NCBI GenBank assembly: GCA_964016885.1
Contig: OZ024743.1
Coordinates: 204,848,001 to 204,912,000 of the forward strand
Direction: 5' to 3'
Origin: Eledone cirrhosa
Taxonomy: Eukaryota
DNA: 64,000 nucleotides
Under the pieces are notes generated by a model that did not search any database, was not told the DNA's origin, and worked only from the letters and a program-made list of their open reading frames with translations. Of this stretch, positions 1-8,699 are shown piece by piece. The first letter of the stretch is position 1, and the number at the start of each line of letters is the position of its first letter. Made by a program: the position numbers and the translations under genes.

Positions 1-1880
1 ATTAAAAGTCCATTGGAAATCCCCATTAAAATTCCATTAAAAATTCATTAAAAACTTAGTAAAAACTCGATTTTATACTCAATTAAAAAGGTAATTGAAA
101 ACTCAATTAGCACACCATTAAAAACTCATTAAAAAGCCCATAAAAAATCTAATTGAAAAACATTAAAAATTCAGTTAAAAACCTGATTGAAAACCCCAAT
201 AAAAGTTCATTAAAAAAACTCCATTAAAAAATCAATCAAAACCCCATTAAAATAACATTGAAACTTATCGAAGCGTCATTAAGGATACCATTAAAAAACA
301 CCATTAAAACGGCATTGAAAACCCATTATAAAAAATTAAAGGATCCGTAAAAAACACCATTATAAATCCATTAAAAACCTAATTGAAAAACCCATTAAAA
401 CTCAATTTTTAAACTAGATTAAAAACGCAATTAAAAACGCAATTAAAAGCTCAATGAAAAACCATTAAAAACACCATTAAAAACTCTAAAAAAAAAGAGC
501 ACTAGCCATTAAAACTCCATTAAAACCCATTGAAACCTACTACCCCCATTAAACCCCATTAAAATTGCATTAAACACATTACACATCCATTAAAGCCCAT
601 TAGAAGGACCATCAAATATTTAAATTTAAACTAAATCAGAAACTCGCTTAAAACACCATTAAAAACACATTAAAATGTCACTAATACCATTAACAACCAC
701 ACCAAAAACTCCATTAATATACCATTAAAAACCGCATTGAAAACCCATAAAATCCCAAGTAAAGATCTTTTAAAAAACTACATTAAAAACCCAATTAAAA
801 AACCCATTAAAACGCCATAAAAGTCATTAAAACGTCATTTAAAGTACCATTAAAAACGTCACTAGAAACCCAATTAAAAACACATTAAAAATTCCATTTG
901 AAACCATATTAAAAATTTCATTAAATGCAATATTGAAAAACCCATTAAAAACACCAGTGAAAACTCATATAAATACTCAATTAAAAAACCAATTAAAAAT
1001 CCTATTTAAACGTCACTAAAACACCATAAAAAACACAATTAAAACGTCATTAAAACACCATTAAACTATCATTAAAAATTACATTGAAAACACCATTAAA
1101 AAGTCAATTAAAACCCTATTAAAAATCCATTAAAAAAGATCATCATGAACGCACTTAAACACCATCAAAAACGCATTAAAAATTAAATTAAAAAGCAATT
1201 AATTTTTTTTATCAAACCCCCATTAAAATTCCATTAAACACTCCATTAAAAACAACATTGAAAACCCCCATTAAAAGCTCATACAAAATTATATTAAAAA
1301 CCCAATAAAAACAATTACAACGCCATTAAAACATCATAAAAACTCATTAAAATGTCATTTAAAATGCCATTAAAACCCTCACGGGGGAAAACGCAATTAA
1401 AAACACCATTAGAAATTTCATTAAAAACTCCATTAAAAATCATATTTAAAGTCAATTAGAACCCTTATTATAAATTCCATTAAAACCCATTAAGTATCCA
1501 ATTGAAAAATCCATTAAGAGCTCATTAAAAATACTCCATTAAAAACCCAATTAAAAATCATTAAAACGCATTTAAACACCATAAAAACACAATTAAAACG
1601 CCATTAAAAAGACCATTAAAAACTCCATTAAAACATCCTTGAATCTATTAAAAATTTCATTAAAAACGCAATCAAAAATTCCATTAAAAACCCATTTAAA
1701 AACTCATAAACAACACCATTGAAAACCCAATTAAAAACTCCATAAAAAACCCATTAAACACCATCGAAAATCACATTAAAATTCCATTAAAACACCATTA
1801 AAAAGCCATTAAAACCCAATTTTAAACGCAATTAAAAACTGAATTAAAACACTATTAAAAACTCATAAAAAAGGCTCATA
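1..1880 (+). repeat. Degenerate 11-12 bp satellite, consensus ~CCATTAAAA(A)nn, C-rich strand on + (partial block)
   Basis: Continuous variants such as ccattaaaaact, ccattaaaacg, caattaaaaac and ccataaaaaac, with very few G on the + strand. Confidence 0.95.
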
Positions 1881-2340
1881 AATAATGGGGTTTTCAATTG
1901 TTTTTTATGAAATTTATAATATGGCTTTTAATGAACTTTTTAATGGGCTTTTAGTGGAGTTTTTAATGGATTTTTATGTAATTTTTAATGGCATTATTAA
2001 TGGTTTTTAATTGGGCTTTTTGTGATGTTTTAATGGCGTTTTTATGACATTTTATTGTGTTTTGTGGCGTTTTAATGGCGTTTTAATTGGTTTGTTATTG
2101 GGTTTTTAATAGAGTTTTATGAACTTTTAATATGGGGTTAATGGGTTTTGAATGTGTTTTCAATGGAACTTTTAATTGAGTTTTTAATGAAATTTCTAAT
2201 GGGATGTGTAATTGAATTTTTAATTGGTTTTTAATGGGTTTAGTGGGTTTATAGTGGAGTTTTTAATGGTGTTTTAATGGTGCTTCGATTGAGTTTTTAA
2301 TTGAGTTTTTAATTGAGTTTTTACTGAGTTTTTAATTGAG
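1881..2340 (-). repeat. Same satellite in inverted orientation (TTTTAATGG on +)
   Basis: Composition flips sharply at 'ggctcata|aataatggggttttc' from C/A-rich to G/T-rich. The junction is the same in every copy (~8020, 14115, 20035, 26500, 32215, 38130, 44190, 50370, 56525, 62530). Confidence 0.95.
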
Positions 2341-2344
2341 TTCT

Positions 2345-2670
2345 TATTTTATTTTATTTTATTTATTTTTTATATTTAATTTTTTTTTATTTTTTTTTAT
2401 TTTATTTTATTTTTATTTATTTTATTTTATTTTATTTTATTTTATTTTATTTTATTTATTTTATTTTATTTTATTTATATTTTTTAGTTTTTTTTATTTT
2501 ATTTTATTTTATTTTTTTTTATTTTATTTTATTTTATTTTATTTTATTTTATTTTATTTTATTTTATTTTATTTTTTATTTTTTTTTATTTTATTTTATT
2601 TTATTTTATTTTATTTTATTTTATTTTATTTTATTTTATTTTATTTTATTTTATTTTATTTTATTTTATT
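2345..2670. repeat. (TTTTA)n pentanucleotide microsatellite with poly-T interruptions
   Basis: ttttattttattttat... is present in all 11 copies (about 235-335 bp) and is the source of the 'FILFY' ORFs. Confidence 0.97.
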
Positions 2671-2678
2671 GAGTTTTT

Positions 2679-2726
2679 AATTTAGTTTATAATTTAGTTT
2701 ATAACTTAGTTTATAATTTAGTTTAT
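2679..2726. repeat. 12-bp tandem repeat AATTTAGTTTAT x4
   Basis: aatttagtttat aatttagtttat aacttagtttat aatttagtttat. Only 2 units remain in the last copy (~63261-63284). Confidence 0.9.
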
Positions 2727-2729
2727 TTC

Positions 2730-2859
2730 TCCCTCTTCTCCCCCTACTGTCCTCTACAGCCAGATCTGCCTTTCTTTACCCCTCCCAAGTCTCTTCCCTC
2801 TTCTCCCCCTACTGTCCTCTACAGCCTGATCTGCCTTTCTTTACCCCTCCCTAGTCTCT
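2730..2859. repeat. 65-bp polypyrimidine-rich direct duplication
   Basis: 2730-2794 and 2795-2859 differ at only 2 positions (ccAgat/ccTgat and cccAag/cccTag). Present in all 11 copies. Confidence 0.95.
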
Positions 2860-2963
2860 TCATTATTCAGTTTTGTTTTTATCTTTCTAAAACATCCTAG
2901 TTTTAATGAAATTAAAAGGAAATAGCAATCGCTATAAGTGTGCAAGCCAGCATGTAACTTCAT
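2730..2963. other. Complex (non-satellite) island A of the monomer, function unknown
   Basis: The most GC-rich segment of the monomer. Other copies are at 8872-9105, 14916-15149, 20876-21109, 27260-27493, 33063-33293, 38955-39188, 45030-45263, 51214-51447, 57368-57601 and 63288-63521. Confidence 0.85.
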
Positions 2964-2972
2964 GTGTGTGTG

Positions 2973-3617
2973 TTTTTAATGGAGTTTTTAATTGAGTTTT
3001 AATGGAGTTTTAATTGAGTTTATAATGGAGATTTAAATGGAATTTTTAATTGAGTTTTAATGTAGTTTTAATGGTGTTTTATGCCGTTTTAATGGTATTT
3101 TAATGGGGTTTTTATTTGTTTTTTTATAAAGTTTTGGGTGCGCTTTTAATGGGGGTTTAATGGGTTTTCAGTGTAGTTTTTAATGACATTTTTAATGGTT
3201 TTCCAATGGAACCTTAGTGGTGTGTTAATGCAATTTTAATTGGTTTAATGGGCTTTTAATTGTGTTTTTAATGGTGTTTTAATTGGGTTTTTAATTGCGT
3301 TTTAATTGAGTTTTTATTTCGGTTTAAATTTGAGGTTTTAATGTCTTTTCGAGGGGGGGTTTAATGGGTGTTTTAATGGAGTTTTAATGGGGACTTTTAA
3401 TGGAAACTTTAATTTTGTTTTAATTGGGTTTTTATGGGTTTCCAATGTGGTTTTTAATGGCGCTTTTATTGGCATTCTTAATGATGTTTTAATTGTGTTT
3501 TAATGGGGGGTTTGGTTGGGGTTTTAATGGAGTGTTTTATGAGCTTATAATGGGGTTTTTAATGGGTTTTTCAAAATAGATTTTTAATTGAATTTTTAAT
3601 GTGGTTTTTAATGGGAT
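2973..3617 (-). repeat. Second inverted satellite block (TTTTAATGG on +)
   Basis: ttttaatggag, ttttaattgag and ttttaatgggg variants, ending at 'tttttaatgggatt|tatatata'. Confidence 0.95.
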
Positions 3618-3618
3618 T

Positions 3619-3677
<59 letters not shown>

Positions 3678-3740
3678 GTATGTGTGTATATATATATATA
3701 TAGTGTGTATGTATATATATATATATATATAGTGTGTGCG

Positions 3741-3770
<30 letters not shown>
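3618..3770. repeat. (TA)n microsatellite with AGTGTGTG interruptions
   Basis: Alternating TA with short tagtgtgtg inserts; length varies between copies. Confidence 0.95.
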
Positions 3771-3772
<2 letters not shown>

Positions 3773-4166
3773 ACACAAATATTAGCATATACATATTTTC
3801 TTATTAATTGAGGATGTGTTTTTTATACATACATATGCATATTGCATCCATACATACACACATACAAGCATATACATACACATACACACACATATATATA
3901 CACACACTGTATATATATACATACACACACACACATATATATATATACACCACACACTATATATATATATAGTGTGTGTGTGTATATATATATGTGTGTG
4001 TGTGTGTATGTATATATATATATACAGTGTGTGTATATATGTGTGTGTGTATGTCTATGTATATGCTTGTATGTGTGTATGTATGTATGTATGCAATATG
4101 CATATGTATGTATAAAAACACATCCTCAATGACTAAGAAATTATGTATATGCTAATATTTGTGTTA
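3771..4166. repeat. 396-bp near-perfect inverted repeat (foldback/hairpin), copy 1
   Basis: The left end TAACACAAATATTAGCATATACATA is the exact reverse complement of the right end TATGTATATGCTAATATTTGTGTTA. Inner landmarks also pair: TTGAGGATGTG/CACATCCTCAA, GCATATTGCA/TGCAATATGC, ACAAGCA/TGCTTGT and CACTG/CAGTG. The centre is CAC(TA)7GTG at ~3955-3974, with no spacer. Confidence 0.97.
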
Positions 4167-4366
4167 GTGTCTATATAAATGTATGTATGTAGTATATGCA
4201 AGTGTTCGTGCAAATTGAAAATAGATTTAATAATTTTAATAATATCTAGAACAATGTGATCTAAAAAAAATATTTTTTAAGATACGAATATATCGTTGTC
4301 AGCTTAATATGGCACTAACGCAAAATATAAATCCCAGTTTATATATAGTGTGTAACATGAAAGTGG
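4167..4366. other. Unique AT-rich island B between the palindrome and the TA/TTAA array, function unknown
   Basis: Non-repetitive sequence 'gtgtctatataaat...gcaagtgttcgtgcaaattg...ggcactaacgcaaaatataaatcccag...catgaaagtgg', present in all 10 copies that include this module. Confidence 0.8.
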
Positions 4367-4548
4367 AATATATATATATATATATATATATTTAATATAT
4401 ATATATATATATATATATTTAATATATATATATATATATATATATTTAATATATATATATATATATATATATTTAATATATATATATATATATATATATT
4501 TAATATATATATATATATATATTTAATATATATATATATATATATATA

Positions 4549-4583
<35 letters not shown>

Positions 4584-4584
4584 A

Positions 4585-4615
<31 letters not shown>

Positions 4616-4619
4616 TTAA
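4367..4619. repeat. Compound minisatellite [TTTAA(TA)n]m
   Basis: TA runs are broken by TTTAA roughly every 22-34 bp. The number of units varies, with about 3 in copy 3 (16551-16645) and about 7-9 elsewhere. Confidence 0.93.
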
Positions 4620-4723
4620 TACACATATATATGTGTAAATATATATATACACATATATATGTGTAAATATATATATACACATATCATATATACACATATA
4701 TATGTGTAAATATATATATATAC

Positions 4724-4753
<30 letters not shown>
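4620..4753. repeat. Short repeats each carrying the perfect 18-bp palindrome TACACATATATATGTGTA
   Basis: There are 3 units in most copies and 4 units in copies 4, 7 and 8 (~22626, ~40822, ~46929). Confidence 0.88.
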
Positions 4754-4754
<1 letters not shown>

Positions 4755-7700
4755 AACACCATTAAAAACTCCATTGAAAAGCTCATAAAAACTCATTAAA
4801 AACCCAATAAAAAGTACACTAAACCACCATTAAAAGCTACATCCGAAACCTATTAAAAACTATATTAAAACACCATTAAAATTCCATTAAAAACCACATT
4901 AAAATCCATTAAAAATCCAATTAAAAACAGTAAAAACTTAATTGTAAACGTAATCGAAAGCGCAAGTAAAACAACACTAAAACCATTTAACACCCCATTA
5001 AAACCCACAAAAATACCACCAGAACCCATTAAAATCCCATAACCGCCATTAAAATTCCATTAAAAATATTATCAAAAACTTCATTTAAAACACACTGGAA
5101 ACCCATTAAACTTCATAATTCTCGTTAAAAAAAATCCATTAAAAACTCAATCAAAAACCCAATTAAAAGGTCATAAAAGAAACATTAAAACAGCATTTAA
5201 AATACCATTAAAAACGCCATAAAAAACATTAAAATCCCATTAAAAATACATTAAAGGCCCATTAAAAATTCCACTAAAAACCTCATTGAAAACCCCATTT
5301 AAAACCTAATTAGAAGCTCATAAAAACTCCCAAAACCCAATAAAAAACCATTAAAACGTCATTAAAATGTCATAAAACGCTATTAAAACGTCATTAAAAA
5401 TGTCATTAAAAACTCCATTGATAACGCAATTAAAAACTGCATTTTACCCCCCTGCTCCCCCATTAAAAACACATTAAACACTCCATTAAAATTACCATTA
5501 AAAACCAATTAAATACTCCATTAAACACTATATTAAAACCGCAATTATAAATTCTTTAAAAATCCAATTAAAAACCATATTATAAACTCCATTAAAAATC
5601 CAATTAAAAACCCTACTGAAAATCCCATTATAAAATTACATAAAAAACCCATAATAATAGTCCTTTAAAAAACCAATTAAAAATCCTATTAAAACGCCAT
5701 AAAAAACACCATTAAAACGTCATTAAAAATACAATTGAAAACACCATTAAAAACTACATTGCAAATTCCATTAAAAGACCCATTAAAAACTCCATTAAAA
5801 ACACCACTAAAAAGTCCATTAAAAAGCTCATAAAACCCATTAAAATACAATTAATAACCAATTAACACTCCATTAAAAACCATTACAACCGTCATTAAAA
5901 TGCTATAAAATACCATTAAAACGCCATTAAGAACGCCATTAAAATCGTCATTAAAAACCTCATTAAAAACTACATTAAAACTTCATTAAAAACTCCATTA
6001 AAACCTCCATTATAAACTCTATTAAACTCCATTAAAAACTCAATTAAATCCCCCATTAAACCCCCATTAAGCCCCATTAAAAGCCCCTGAAAAATGCAAC
6101 TAAAAACAAATTTTAAAACCCATTAAAACACAATTAAAAGTCCATTGGAAACCCCATTAAAATTCCATTAAAAATTCATTAAAAACTTAGTAAAAACTCG
6201 ATTTTATACTCAATTAAAAAGGTAATTGAAAACTCAATTAGCACACCATTAAAAACTCATTAAAAAGCCCATAAAAACTCCATAAAAAATCAAATTGAAA
6301 AACATTAAAAATTCAGTTAAAAACCTGATTGAAAACCCCAATAAAAGTTCATTAAAAAAACTCCATTAAAAAATCAATCAAAACCCCATTAAAATAACAT
6401 TGAAACTTATCGAAGCGTCATTAAGGATACCATTAAAAAACACCATTAAAACGGCATTGAAAACCCATTATAAAAAATTAAAGGGTCCGTAAAAAACACC
6501 ATTATAAATCCATTAAAAACCTAATTGAAAAACCCATTAAAACTCAATTTTTAAACTAGATTAAAAACGCAATTAAAAACGCAATTAAAAGCTCAATGAA
6601 AAACCATTAAAAACACCATTAAAAACTCTAAAAAAAAAGAGCACTAGCCATTAAAACTCCATTAAAACCCATTGAAACCTACTACCCCCATTAAACCCCA
6701 TTAAAATTGCATTAAACACATTACACATCCATTAAAGCCCATTAGAAGGACCATCAAATATTTAAATTTAAACTAAATCAGAAACTCGCTTAAAACACCA
6801 TTAAAAACACATTAAAATGTCACTAATACCATTAACAACCACACCAAAAACTCCATTAATATACCATTAAAAACCGCATTGAAAACCCATAAAATCCCAA
6901 GTAAAGATCTTTTAAAAAACTACATTAAAAACCCAATTAAAAAACCCATTAAAACGCCATAAAAGTCATTAAAACGTCATTTAAAGTACCATTAAAAACG
7001 TCACTAGAAACCCAATTAAAAATACATTAAAAATTCCATTTGAAACCATATTAAAAATTTCATTAAATGCAATATTGAAAATCCCATTAAAAACACCAGT
7101 GAAAACTCATATAAATACTCAATTAAAAAACCAATTAAAAATCCTATTTAAACGTCACTAAAACACCATAAAAAACACAATTAAAACGTCATTAAAACAC
7201 CATTAAACTATCATTAAAAATTACATTGAAAACACCATTAAAAATTCAATTAAAACCCCATTAAAAATCCATTAAAAAGATCATCATGAACGCACTTAAA
7301 CACCATCAAAAACGCATTAAAAATTAAATTAAAAAGCAATTAATTTTTTTTATCAAACCCCCATTAAAATTCCATTAAACACTCCATTAGAAACAACATT
7401 GAAAACCCCCATTAAAAGCTCATACAAAATTATATTAAAAACCCAATAAAAAACAATTACAACGCCATTAAAACATCATAAAAACTCATTAAAATGTCAT
7501 TTAAAATGCCATTAAAACCCTCACGGGGGAAAACGCAATTAAAAACACCATTAGAAATTTCATTAAAAACTCCATTAAAAATCATATTTAAAGTCAATTA
7601 GAACCCTTATTATAAATTCCATTAAAACCCATTAAGTATCCAATTGAAAAATCCATTAAGAGCTCATTAAAAATACTCCATTAAAAACCCAATTAAAAAT

Positions 7701-8020
7701 CATTAAAACGCATTTAAACACCATAAAAACACAATTAAAACGCCATTAAAAAGACCATTAAAAACTCCATTAAAACATCCTTGAATCTATTAAAAATTTC
7801 ATTAAAAACGCAATCAAAAATTCCATTAAAAACCCATTTAAAAACTCATAAACAACACCATTGAAAACCCAATTAAAAACTCCATAAAAAACCCATTAAA
7901 CACCATCGAAAATCACATTAAAATTCCATTAAAACACCATTAAAAAGCCATTAAAACCCAATTTTAAACGCAATTAAAAACTGAATTAAAACACTATTAA
8001 AAACTCATAAAAAAGGCTCA
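4754..8020 (+). repeat. Full-length ~3.27 kb CCATTAAAA degenerate satellite block (representative)
   Basis: Runs from 'aaacaccattaaaaactcc' after the TA tract to the strand-flip junction. Equivalent blocks start at ~10858, 16779, 22801, 29308, 35082, 40997, 47104, 53257 and 59380. Confidence 0.95.
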
Positions 8021-8666
8021 TAAATAATGGGGTTTTCAATTGTTTTTTATGAAATTTATAATATGGCTTTTAATGAACTTTTTAATGGGCTTTTAGTGGA
8101 GTTTTTAATGATTTTTATGGAATTTTTAATGGCATTATTAATGGTTTTTTAATTGGGCTTTTTGTGATGTTTTAATGGCGTTTTTATGACATTTTATTGT
8201 GTTTTGTGGCGTTTTAATGGCGTTTTAATTGGTTTGTTATTGGGTTTTTAATAGAGTTTTATGAACTTTTAATATGGGGTTAATGGGTTTTGAATGTGTT
8301 TTCAATGGAACTTTTAATTGAGTTTTTAATGAAATTTCTAATGGGATGTGTAATTGAATTTTTAATTGGTTTTTAATGGGTTTAGTGGGTTTATAGTGGA
8401 GTTTTTAATGGTGTTTTAATGGTGCTTCGATTGAGTTTTTAATTGAGTTTTTAATTGAGTTTTTACTGAGTTTTTAATTGAGTTCTTATTTTATTTTATT
8501 TTATTTATTTTTTATATTTAATTTTTTTTAATTTTTTTTTATTTTATTTTATTTTTATTTATTTTATTTTATTTTATTTTATTTTATTTTATTTATTTTA
8601 TTTTATTTTATTTATATTTTTTAGTTTTTTTATTTTATTTTTTTTTTTTTTTTTATTTTTTTTTTT

Positions 8667-8699
<33 letters not shown>

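Noticed and set aside
1-1880. CRISPR-like repeat/spacer reading of the CCATTAAAA units
   Set aside because: Units are 11-12 bp, degenerate and abutting, with no unique 25-45 bp spacers and no cas genes.
3771-4166. Concatemer junction of a hairpin-ended viral or organellar replicon
   Set aside because: Such junctions join units head-to-head with long exact symmetry. Here symmetry stops after about 200 bp, units are head-to-tail, and no replication genes are present.
4244-4296. Helitron 3' end (CTAG plus hairpin)
   Set aside because: The CTAG at ~4246 has no GC-rich subterminal hairpin at the expected distance, there is no defined 5' TC end, and there are no RepHel remnants.
1881-6132. Telomeric repeat or telomere-fusion interpretation (G/T-rich strand facing C/A-rich strand)
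   Set aside because: The strand asymmetry is suggestive, but TTTTAATGG matches no telomere motif I know, and the blocks are highly degenerate and internal.
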